DNA from: the human T2T-CHM13v2.0 reference genome, Homo sapiens
Assembly (NCBI RefSeq): GCF_009914755.1
Contig: NC_060933.1
Length of the DNA stretch: 64,000 nt
Direction: 5' to 3' (one strand)
The notes below the pieces were generated by a model. That model ran no database searches. It saw only the letters and a list, made by a program, of their open reading frames with translations, and was not told where the DNA came from. Shown here one piece after another: positions 28,901 through 41,560 of the stretch (positions are counted from its first letter, which is position 1; every line of letters begins with the position of its first letter). The translations under genes and the position numbers were made by a program.

Positions 28901-31900
28901 TCCATTGCATTCCATTACATTCCACTCCATTCCAGTCCTTTGCATTCCATTCCACTCGGGTTGATTCCAATGTATTCCTTTCCATTCCATTCCATTCCAC
29001 TGCAATCGAGTTGATTCCATTGCTTTGCATTCCATTCCATTCCATTCCATTCCGGATGATTCCATTCCATTGCATTCCATTCCATTCCATTCCCCTGCAC
29101 TCCGGTTGATTCCATTCCATTCCCCTCCATTCCATTCCATTCCATTCCATTCCATTGTATTCGGGTTAATTCCATTCCATTCCATTCCATTCCATTCCAT
29201 TCCTTTCCATTCCATTACGGATGATTCCATTCCATTGCATTCCATTCTATTCCATTCCCCTGTACTCGGGTTGATTCCATTCCATTCCATTCCAATCCAT
29301 GCCATTCCACTCGTGTTGATTCCATTCTTTCCATTCCATTCAAGTTGATTCCATTCCATTTCATTCCATTCCATTCGATTCCATTCGATTGCACTCGGGT
29401 TGATTCCATTCCATTGCATTCCATTCCATTCCATTCCATTCCATTCCATTCCATTCCGTTCCATTCCATTCCATTACATTCGGATTGATTCTATTCAATT
29501 CCCTTACACTCCATTACATTCCATTCCATTCGGGTAGTTTCCATTCCATTCCATTCCATTCCTCTCCATTCCATTGCACTCGGGTTGATTCCATTCCATT
29601 GCATTCCATTCCATTCCATTCAATTCCATTCCGTTCCATTCCATTCCATTACATTCGGATTGATTCTATTCAACTCCCTTACTCTCCATTATATTCCATT
29701 CCATTCGGGTTGTTCCATTCCATTCCGTTCCATTCCACTCCATTCCATTGCACTCGGGTTGATTCCATTCCATTCCATTCCATTCCATTCCATTCCATTC
29801 CGGAAGATTCCATTCCATTGCATTCCGTTCCATTCCATTCCCCTGCACTCGCGTTGATTCCATTCCATTCCATTCTATTCCATTCCATTCCCTTCCTTTC
29901 CATTCCTTTCCATTCCATTCCATTCCATTCCGTTCCGTTCCATTCCATTCCGTTCCATTCTATTCGGGTTAATTCCATTCCATTCCATTCGATTGCAATC
30001 GAGTTGATTCCATTCCATTCCATTCCATTCCATTCCATTCCATTCCTTTCCATTCCATTACGGATGATTCCATTCCATTGCATTCCATTCCATTCCATTC
30101 CCCTGTACTCGGGTTGATTCCATTCCATTCCATTCCAATCCATGTCATTCCACTCGTGTTGATTCCATTCTTTCCATTCCATTCAAGTTGAATCCATTCC
30201 ATTGCATTCCATTCCATTCGATTCCATTTGATTGCACTCGGGTTGATTCCATTCCATTCCATTCCATTCCATTCCATTCCATTTCGTTCCATTCCATTCT
30301 ATTCCGTATCATTCCATTCCATTCCATTCCATTCCATTCCATTCCATTGTACTCGGGTTGATTCCATTCCATTGCATTCCATTCCATTCCATTCCATTCC
30401 ATTCAGTTGCATTCCATTCCATTACGTTCGGATTGATTCTATTCAACTCCCTTACTCTCCATTCCATTCCATTCCATTCAGGTTGTTCCACTCCATTCCA
30501 TTCCATTCCACTCCATTCCATTGCACTCGGGTTGATTCCATTCCATTCCATTCCATTCCGGATGATTCCATTCCATTGCATTCCGTTCCATTACATTCCC
30601 CTGCACTCAAGTTGATTCCATTCCTTTCCATTCCATTCCATTCCATTCCATTCAATTCCATTCCATTACAATTCGTTCCATTCCATTCTATTCCGTACCA
30701 TTCCATTCCATTCCATACCATTCCATTCCATTCCATTCCATTCCGTTCCATTCCATTCCTTTCCGTTCCATTCCGTTCCATTCCATTCCATTCCATTCCA
30801 TTCGGATTAATTCCATTCCATTCTATTCCATTCCATTCTATTCCATTCCATTGCAATCGAGTTGAATCCATTGCATTTCATTCCATTCCATTCCATTCCA
30901 TTCCATTCCGGAAGTTTCCATTCCATTGCATTCCATTCCATTCCATTCCATTCCATTCCATTCAATTCCGTTCCATTCCATTCCATTACATTCGGATTGA
31001 TTCTATTCAACTCCCTTAGTCTCCATTACATTCCATTCCATTCGGGTTGTTCCATTCCATTCCATTCCATTCCACTCCATTCCATTGCACTTGGGTTTAT
31101 TCCATACCATTCCATTCCATTCCATTCAATTCCATTCCATTCCGGAAGATTCCATTCCATTGCATTCCATTCCATTCCATTCCCCTGCACTCGCGTTGAT
31201 TCCATTCCATTCCATTCCATTCCATTCCGTTCCGTTCCGTTCCGTTCCATTCCATTCCATTCCATTCCATTCCGTTCCGTTCCATTCCATTCCATTCCAT
31301 TCTATTCGGGTTAATTCCATTCCATTCCATTCGATTGCAATCGAGTTGATTCCATTCCATTCCATTCCATTCCATTGCATTCCTTTCCATTCCATTCCAT
31401 TCCTTTCCATTCCATTACGGATGATTCCATTCCATTGCATTCCATTCCATTCCGTTCCCCTGTACTCGGGTTGATTCCATTCCATTCCATTCCAATCCAT
31501 GCCATTCCACTCGTGTTGATTCCATTCTTTCCATTCCATTCAAGTTGAATCCATTCCATTGCATTCCATTCCATTCCATTCCCCTGCAGTCGGGTTGATT
31601 CCATTCCATTCCATTCCATTCCATTCCATTCCATTCCAATCAAGTTGATTCCATTCCATTCCATTCCATTGCATTCCATTCCATTCCACTCCATTCCAGT
31701 CCTTTCCATTCCATTCCACTCGGGTTGATTCCAATGTACTCCTTTCCATTCCATTCCATTCCATTGCAATCGAGTTGATTCCATTGCTTTGCATTCCATT
31801 CCATTCGATTCCATTTCGGATGATTCCATTCCATTGCATTCCATTCCATTCCATTCCCCTGCACTCGGGTTGATTCCATTCCATTCCACTCCATTCCATT

Positions 31901-33128
31901 CCATTCCATTCCATTCCATTGTATTCGGGTTAATTCCATTCCATTCCATTCCATTCCATTCCATTCCATTCCATTACAATCGAGTTGATTCCATTCCATT
32001 CCATTCCATTCCAGTCCTTTCCATTCCATTCCACTCGGGTTGATTCCATTCTATTTGTTTCCATTCCATTCCATTCCCTTCCATTGTATTCGGGTTAATT
32101 CCATTCCATTCCATTCCATTCCATTCCATTCCATTCCATTACAAACGAGTTGATTCCATTCCATTCCATTCCATTCCAGTCCTTTCCATTCCATTCCACT
32201 CGGGTTGATTCCATTCTATTAGTTTCCATTCCATTCCATTCCCTTCCATTCCACTCTGGTTGATTCCATTCCTTTCCATTCCACTCGAATACTTTCCCTC
32301 CTATTCCACTCGGAACGATTCCATTCCATTCCATTCCATTCCTTTCCATTCAATTCCATTTCGTTCCATTCCATTCTATTCCGTATCATTCCATTCCATT
32401 CCATTCCATTCCATTCCATTCCATTCCATTCCATTGTACTCGGGTTGATTCCATTCCATTGCATTCCATTCCATTCCATTCCATTCCATTCCGTTGCATT
32501 CCATTCCATTACATTCGGATTGATTCTATTCAACTCCCTTACTCTCCATTACATTCCATTCCATTCGGGTTGTTCCATTCCATTCCATTCCATTCCACTC
32601 CATTCCATTGCACTCGGGTTGATTCCATTCCATTCCATTCCATTCCATTCCATTCCATTCCGGATGATTCCATTCCATTGCATTCCGTTCCATTACATTC
32701 CCCTGCACTCGCGTTGATTCCATTCCATTCCATTCCATTCCATTCAATTCCATTCCATTACAATTCGTTCCATTCCATTCTATTCCGTACCATTCCATTC
32801 CATTCCATACCATTCCATTCCATTCCATTCCATTCCATTCCGTTCCATTCCGTTCCATTCCATTCCATTCCATTCTATTCGGATTAATTGCATTCCATTC
32901 CATTTCATTCCATTCTATTCCATTCCATTGCAATCGAGTTGAATCCATTGCATTTCATTCCATTCCATTCCATTCCATTCCATTCCGGAAGTTTCCATTC
33001 CATTGCATTCCATTCCATTCCATTCCCCTGCACTCGCGTTGATTCCATTCCATTCCATTCCATTCCATTCCGTTCCGTTCCATTCCATTGCATTCCATTC
33101 CGTTCCGTTCCATTCCATTCCATTCCAT
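28901..33128 (+). repeat. HOR unit U7, long form (4228 bp)
   Basis: Marker spacing 28933 to 33161; near-identical to U5. Confidence 0.9.
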
Positions 33129-36100
33129 TCCATTGCATTCCATTACATTCCACTCCATTCCAGTCCTTTGCATTCCATTCCACTCGGGTTGATTCCAATG
33201 TATTCCTTTCCATTCCATTCCATTCCACTGCAATCGAGTTGATTCCATTGCTTTGCATTCCATTCCATTCCATTCCATTCCGGATGATTCCATTCCATTG
33301 CATTCCATTCCATTCCATTCCCCTGCACTCCGGTTGATTCCATTCCATTCCCCTCCATTCCATTCCATTCCATTCCATTCCATTGTATTCGGGTTAATTC
33401 CATTCCATTCCATTCCATTCCATTCCATTCCTTTCCATTCCATTACGGATGATTCCATTCCATTGCATTCCATTCTATTCCATTCCCCTGTACTCGGGTT
33501 GATTCCATTCCATTCCATTCCAATCCATGCCATTCCACTCGTGTTGATTCCATTCTTTCCATTCCATTCAAGTTGATTCCATTCCATTTCATTCCATTCC
33601 ATTCGATTCCATTCGATTGCACTCGGGTTGATTCCATTCCATTGCATTCCATTCCATTCCATTCCATTCCGTTCCATTCCATTCCATTACATTCGGATTG
33701 ATTCTATTCAATTCCCTTACACTCCATTACATTCCATTCCATTCGGGTAGTTTCCATTCCATTCCATTCCATTCCTCTCCATTCCATTGCACTCGGGTTG
33801 ATTCCATTCCATTGCATTCCATTCCATTCCATTCAATTCCATTCCGTTCCATTCCATTCCATTACATTCGGATTGATTCTATTCAACTCCCTTACTCTCC
33901 ATTATATTCCATTCCATTAGGGTTGTTCCATTCCATTCCGTTCCATTCCACTCCATTCCATTGCACTCGGGTTGATTCCATTCCATTCCATTCCATTCCA
34001 TTCCATTCCATTCCGGAAGATTCCATTCCATTGCATTCCGTTCCATTCCATTCCCCTGCACTCGCGTTGATTCCATTCCATTCCATTCTATTCCATTCCA
34101 TTCCCTTCCTTTCCGTTCCTTTCCATTCCATTCCATTCCATTCCGTTCCTTTCCATTCCATTCCATTCCATTCTATTCGGGTTAATTCCATTCCATTCCA
34201 TTCGATTGCAATCGAGTTGATTCCATTCCATTCCATTCCATTCCATTCCATTCCATTCCTTTCCATTCCATTACGGATGATTCCATTCCATTGCATTCCA
34301 TTCCATTCCATTCCCCTGTACTCGGGTTGATTCCATTCCATTCCATTCCAATCCATGTCATTCCACTCGTGTTGATTCCATTCTTTCCATTCCATTCAAG
34401 TTGAATCCATTCCATTGCATTCCATTCCATTCGATTCCATTTGATTGCACTCGGGTTGATTCCATTCCATTCCATTCCATTCCATTCCATTCCATTTCGT
34501 TCCATTCCATTCTATTCCGTATCATTCCATTCCATTCCATTCCATTCCATTCCATTCCATTGTACTCGGGTTGATTCCATTCCATTGCATTCCATTCCAT
34601 TCCATTCCATTCCATTCAGTTGCATTCCATTCCATTACGTTCGGATTGATTCTATTCAACTCCCTTACTCTCCATTCCATTCCATTCCATTCAGGTTGTT
34701 CCACTCCATTCCATTCCATTCCACTCCATTCCATTGCACTCGGGTTGATTCCATTCCATTCCATTCCATTCCGGATGATTCCATTCCATTGCATTCCGTT
34801 CCATTACATTCCCCTGCACTCAAGTTGATTCCATTCCATTCCATTCCATTCCATTCCATTCCATTCAATTCCATTCCATTACAATTCGTTCCATTCCATT
34901 CTATTCCGTACCATTCCATTCCATTCCATACCATTCCATTCCATTCCATTCCATTCCGTTCCATTCCATTCCTTTCCGTTCCATTCCGTTCCATTCCATT
35001 CCATTCCATTCCATTCGGATTAATTCCATTCCATTCTATTCCATTCCATTCTATTCCATTCCATTGCAATCGAGTTGAATCCATTGCATTTCATTCCATT
35101 CCATTCCATTCCATTCCATTCCGGAAGTTTTCATTCCATTGCATTCCATTCCATTCCATTCCATTCCATTCAATTCCGTTCCATTCCATTCCATTACATT
35201 CGGATTGATTCTATTCAACTCCCTTAGTCTCCATTACATTCCATTCCATTCGGGTTGTTCCATTCCATTCCATTCCATTCCACTCCATTCCATTGCACTT
35301 GGGTTTATTCCATACCATTCCATTCCATTCCATTCAATTCCATTCCATTCCGGAAGATTCCATTCCATTGCATTCCATTCCATTCCATTCCCCTGCACTC
35401 GCGTTGATTCCATTCCATTCCATTCCATTCCATTCCGTTCCGTTCCGTTCCGTTCCATTCCATTCCATTCCATTCCATTCCGTTCCGTTCCATTCCATTC
35501 CATTCCATTCTATTCGGGTTAATTCCATTCCATTCCATTCGATTGCAATCGAGTTGATTCCATTCCATTCCATTCCATTCCATTGCATTCCTTTCCATTC
35601 CATTCCATTCCTTTCCATTCCATTACGGATGATTCCATTCCATTGCATTCCATTCCATTCCGTTCCCCTGTACTCGGGTTGATTCCATTCCATTCCATTC
35701 CAATCCATGCCATTCCACTCGTGTTGATTCCATTCTTTCCATTCCATTCAAGTTGAATCCATTCCATTGCATTCCATTCCATTCCATTCCCCTGCAGTCG
35801 GGTTGATTCCATTCCATTCCATTCCATTCCATTCCATTCCATTCCAATCAAGTTGATTCCATTCCATTCCATTCCATTGCATTCCATTCCATTCCACTCC
35901 ATTCCAGTCCTTTCCATTCCATTCCACTCGGGTTGATTCCAATGTACTCCTTTCCATTCCATTCCATTCCATTGCAATCGAGTTGATTCCATTGCTTTGC
36001 ATTCCATTCCATTCGATTCCATTTCGGATGATTCCATTCCATTGCATTCCATTCCATTCCATTCCCCTGCACTCGGGTTGATTCCATTCCATTCCACTCC

Positions 36101-37336
36101 ATTCCATTCCATTCCATTCCATTCCATTCCATTGTATTCGGGTTAATTCCATTCCATTCCATTCCATTCCATTCCATTCCATTCCATTCCATTACAATCG
36201 AGTTGATTCCATTCCATTCCATTCCATTCCAGTCCTTTCCATTCCATTCCACTCGGGTTGATTCCATTCTATTTGTTTCCATTCCATTCCATTCCCTTCC
36301 ATTGTATTCGGGTTAATTCCATTCCATTCCATTCCATTCCATTCCATTCCATTCCATTACAAACGAGTTGATTCCATTCCATTCCATTCCATTCCAGTCC
36401 TTTCCATTCCATTCCACTCGGGTTGATTCCATTCTATTAGTTTCCATTCCATTCCATTCCCTTCCATTCCACTCTGGTTGATTCCATTCCTTTCCATTCC
36501 ACTCGAATACTTTCCCTCCTATTCCACTCGGAACGATTCCATTCCATTCCATTCCATTCCTTTCCATTCAATTCCATTTCGTTCCATTCCATTCTATTCC
36601 GTATCATTCCATTCCATTCCATTCCATTCCATTCCATTCCATTGTACTCGGGTTGATTCCATTCCATTGCATTCCATTCCATTCCATTCCATTCCATTCC
36701 GTTGCATTCCATTCCATTACATTCGGATTGATTCTATTCAACTCCCTTACTCTCCATTACATTCCATTCCATTCGGGTTGTTCCATTCCATTCCATTCCA
36801 TTCCACTCCATTCCATTGCACTCGGGTTGATTCCATTCCATTCCATTCCATTCCATTCCATTCCATTCCGGATGATTCCATTCCATTGCATTCCGTTCCA
36901 TTACATTCCCCTGCACTCGCGTTGATTCCATTCCATTCCATTCCATTCCATTCAATTCCATTCCATTACAATTCGTTCCATTCCATTCTATTCCGTACCA
37001 TTCCATTCCATTCCATACCATTCCATTCCATTCCATTCCATTCCATTCCGTTCCATTCCGTTCCATTCCATTCCATTCCATTCTATTCGGATTAATTGCA
37101 TTCCATTCCATTTCATTCCATTCTATTCCATTCCATTGCAATCGAGTTGAATCCATTGCATTTCATTCCATTCCATTCCATTCCATTCCATTCCGGAAGT
37201 TTCCATTCCATTGCATTCCATTCCATTCCATTCCCCTGCACTCGCGTTGATTCCATTCCATTCCATTCCATTCCATTCCGTTCCGTTCCATTCCATTGCA
37301 TTCCATTCCGTTCCGTTCCATTCCATTCCATTCCAT
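33129..37336 (+). repeat. HOR unit U8, long form (4208 bp)
   Basis: Marker spacing 33161 to 37369; private variants ATTAGGGTTG (~33916) and GGAAGTTTTC (~35123). Confidence 0.9.
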
Positions 37337-40300
37337 TCCATTGCATTCCATTACATTCCACTCCATTCCAGTCCTTTGCATTCCATTCCACTCGGGTTGA
37401 TTCCAATGTATTCCTTTCCATTCCATTCCATTCCACTGCAATCGAGTTGATTCCATTGCTTTGCATTCCATTCCATTCCATTCCATTCCGGATGATTCCA
37501 TTCCATTGCATTCCATTCCATTCCATTCCCCTGCACTCCGGTTGATTCCATTCCATTCCCCTCCATTCCATTCCATTCCATTCCATTCCATTGTATTCGG
37601 GTTAATTCCATTCCATTCCATTCCATTCCATTCCATTCCTTTCCATTCCATTACGGATGATTCCATTCCATTGCATTCCATTCTATTCCATTCCCCTGTA
37701 CTCGGGTTGATTCCATTCCATTCCATTCCAATCCATGCCATTCCACTCGTGTTGATTCCATTCTTTCCATTCCATTCAAGTTGATTCCATTCCATTTCAT
37801 TCCATTCCATTCGATTCCATTCGATTGCACTCGTGTTGATTCCATTCCATTGCATTCCATTCCATTCCATTCCATTCCATTCCATTCCATTCCGTTCCAT
37901 TCCATTCCATTACATTCGGATTGATTCTATTCAATTCCCTTACACTCCATTACATTCCATTCCATTCGGGTAGTTTCCATTCCATTCCATTCCATTCCTC
38001 TCCATTCCATTGCACTCGGGTTGATTCCATTCCATTGCATTCCATTCCATTCCATTCAATTCCATTCCGTTCCATTCCATTCCATTACATTCGGATTGAT
38101 TCTATTCAACTCCCTTACTCTCCATTATATTCCATTCCATTCGGGTTGTTCCATTCCATTCCGTTCCATTCCACTCCATTCCATTGCACTCGGGTTGATT
38201 CCATTCCATTCCATTCCATTCCATTCCATTCCATTCCGGAAGATTCCATTCCATTGCATTCCGTTCCATTCCATTCCCCTGCACTCGCGTTGATTCCATT
38301 CCATTCCATTCTATTCCATTCCATTCCCTTCCTTTCCGTTCCTTTCCATTCCATTCCATTCCATTCCGTTCCGTTCCATTCCATTCCATTCCATTCTATT
38401 CGGGTTAATTCCATTCCATTCCATTCGATTGCAATCGAGTTGATTCCATTCCATTCCATTCCATTCCATTCCATTCCATTCCTTTCCATTCCATTACGGA
38501 TGATTCCATTCCATTGCATTCCATTCCATTCCATTCCCCTGTACTCGGGTTGATTCCATTCCATTCCATTCCAATCCATGTCATTCCACTCGTGTTGATT
38601 CCATTCTTTCCATTCCATTCAAGTTGAATCCATTCCATTGCATTCCATTCCATTCGATTCCATTTGATTGCACTCGGGTTGATTCCATTCCATTCCATTC
38701 CATTCCATTCCATTCCATTTCGTTCCATTCCATTCTATTCCGTATCATTCCATTCCATTCCATTCCATTCCATTCCATTCCATTGTACTCGGGTTGATTC
38801 CATTCCATTGCATTCCATTCCATTCCATTCCATTCCATTCAGTTGCATTCCATTCCATTACGTTCGGATTGATTCTATTCAACTCCCTTACTCTCCATTC
38901 CATTCCATTCCATTCAGGTTGTTCCACTCCATTCCATTCCATTCCACTCCATTCCATTGCACTCGGGTTGATTCCATTCCATTCCATTCCATTCCGGATG
39001 ATTCCATTCCATTGCATTCCGTTCCATTACATTCCCCTGCACTCAAGTTGATTCCATTCCATTCCATTCCATTCCATTCCATTCCATTCAATTCCATTCC
39101 ATTACAATTCGTTCCATTCCATTCTATTCCGTACCATTCCATTCCATTCCATACCATTCCATTCCATTCCATTCCATTCCGTTCCATTCCATTCCTTTCC
39201 GTTCCATTCCGTTCCATTCCATTCCATTCCATTCCATTCGGATTAATTCCATTCCATTCTATTCCATTCCATTCTATTCCATTCCATTGCAATCGAGTTG
39301 AATCCATTGCATTTCATTCCATTCCATTCCATTCCATTCCATTCCGGAAGTTTCCATTCCATTGCATTCCATTCCATTCCATTCCATTCCATTCAATTCC
39401 GTTCCATTCCATTCCATTACATTCGGATTGATTCTATTCAACTCCCTTAGTCTCCATTACATTCCATTCCATTCGGGTTGTTCCATTCCATTCCATTCCA
39501 TTCCACTCCATTCCATTGCACTTGGGTTTATTCCATACCATTCCATTCCATTCCATTCAATTCCATTCCATTCCGGAAGATTCCATTCCATTGCATTCCA
39601 TTCCATTCCATTCCCCTGCACTCGCGTTGATTCCATTCCATTCCATTCCATTCCATTCCGTTCCGTTCCGTTCCGTTCCATTCCATTCCATTCCATTCCA
39701 TTCCGTTCCGTTCCATTCCATTCCATTCCATTCTATTCGGGTTAATTCCATTCCATTCCATTCGATTGCAATCGAGTTGATTCCATTCCATTCCATTCCA
39801 TTCCATTGCATTCCTTTCCATTCCATTCCATTCCTTTCCATTCCATTACGGATGATTCCATTCCATTGCATTCCATTCCATTCCGTTCCCCTGTACTCGG
39901 GTTGATTCCATTCCATTCCATTCCAATCCATGCCATTCCACTCGTGTTGATTCCATTCTTTCCATTCCATTCAAGTTGAATCCATTCCATTGCATTCCAT
40001 TCCATTCCATTCCCCTGCAGTCGGGTTGATTCCATTCCATTCCATTCCATTCCATTCCATTCCATTCCAATCAAGTTGATTCCATTCCATTCCATTCCAT
40101 TGCATTCCATTCCATTCCACTCCATTCCAGTCCTTTCCATTCCATTCCACTCGGGTTGATTCCAATGTACTCCTTTCCATTCCATTCCATTCCATTGCAA
40201 TCGAGTTGATTCCATTGCTTTGCATTCCATTCCATTCGATTCCATTTCGGATGATTCCATTCCATTGCATTCCATACCATTCCATTCCCCTGCACTCGGG

Positions 40301-41560
40301 TTGATTCCATTCCATTCCACTCCATTCCATTCCATTCCATTCCATTCTATTGTATTCGGGTTAATTCCATTCCATTCCATTCCATTCCATTCCATTCCAT
40401 TCCATTACAATCGAGTTGATTCCATTCCATTCCATTCAATTCCAGTCCTTTCCATTCCATTCCACTCGGGTTGATTCCATTCTATTTGTTTCCATTCCAT
40501 TCCATTCCCTTCCATTGTATTCGGGTTAATTCCATTCCATTCCATTCCATTCCATTCCATTCCATTACAAACGAGTTGATTCCATTCCATTCCATTCCAT
40601 TCCAGTCCTTTCCATTCCATTCCACTCGGGTTGATTCCATTCTATTAGTTTCCATTCCATTCCATTCCCTTCCATTCCACTCTGGTTGATTCCATTCCTT
40701 TCCATTCCACTCGAATACTTTCCCTCCTATTCCACTCGGAACGATTCCATTCCATTCCATTCCATTCCTTTCCATTCAATTCCATTTCGTTCCATTCCAT
40801 TCTATTCCGTATCATTCCATTCCATTCCATTCCATTCCACTCCATTCCATTCCATTCCATTCCATTGTACTCGGGTTGATTCCATTCCATTGCATTCCAT
40901 TCCATTCCATTCCATTCCATTCCATTCCGTTGCATTCCATTCCATTACATTCGGATTGATTCTATTCAACTCCCTTACTCTCCATTACATTCCATTCCAT
41001 TCGGGTTGTTCCATTCCATTCCATTCCATTCCACTCCATTCCATTGCACTCGGGTTGATTCCATTCCATTCCATTCCATTCCATTCCATTCCGGATGATT
41101 CCATTCCATTGCATTCCGTTCCATTACATTCCCCTGCACTCGCGTTGATTCCATTCCATTCCATTCCATTCCATTCAATTCCATTCCATTACAATTCGTT
41201 CCATTCCATTCTATTCCGTACCATTCCATTCCATTCCATACCATTCCATTCCATTCCATTCCATTCCATTCCGTTCCATTCCGTTCCATTCCATTCCCTT
41301 CCATTCTATTCGGATTAATTGCATTCCATTCCATTTCATTCCATTCTATTCCATTCCATTGCAATCGAGTTGAATCCATTGCATTTCATTCCATTCCATT
41401 CCATTCCATTCCATTCCGGAAGTTTCCATTCCATTGCATTCCATTCCATTCCATTCCCCTGCACTCGCGTTGATTCCATTCCATTCCATTCCATTCCATT
41501 CCGTTCCGTTCCATTCCATTGCATTCCATTCCGTTCCGTTCCATTCCATTCCATTCCATT
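37337..41560 (+). repeat. HOR unit U9, long form (~4223 bp), last unit
   Basis: Collinear with other L units up to CCGTTCCGTT at ~41536, then continues CTATTCGGGTTAAT (41561) instead of re-entering a new unit. Confidence 0.88.

Larger units (their letters stand above)
8080..41560 (+). repeat. Young higher-order repeat array of 9 units, order L L S S L S L L L
   Basis: The marker CAGTCCTTTGCA occurs only here, at 8112, 12240, 16463, 19202, 21956, 26189, 28933, 33161 and 37369 (spacings 4128, 4223, 2739, 2754, 4233, 2744, 4228, 4208). ORF-track entries repeat identically at these offsets (e.g. the 129-aa MHLGLF... entry at 10164, 14367, 18590, 21344, 24113, 28321, 31085, 35293, 39516). Confidence 0.95.

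Noticed and set aside
8080-41560. Single-pentamer count differences between HOR units as meaningful signal
   Set aside because: These could be slippage or consensus error. I used them only where shared between units together with substitutions.
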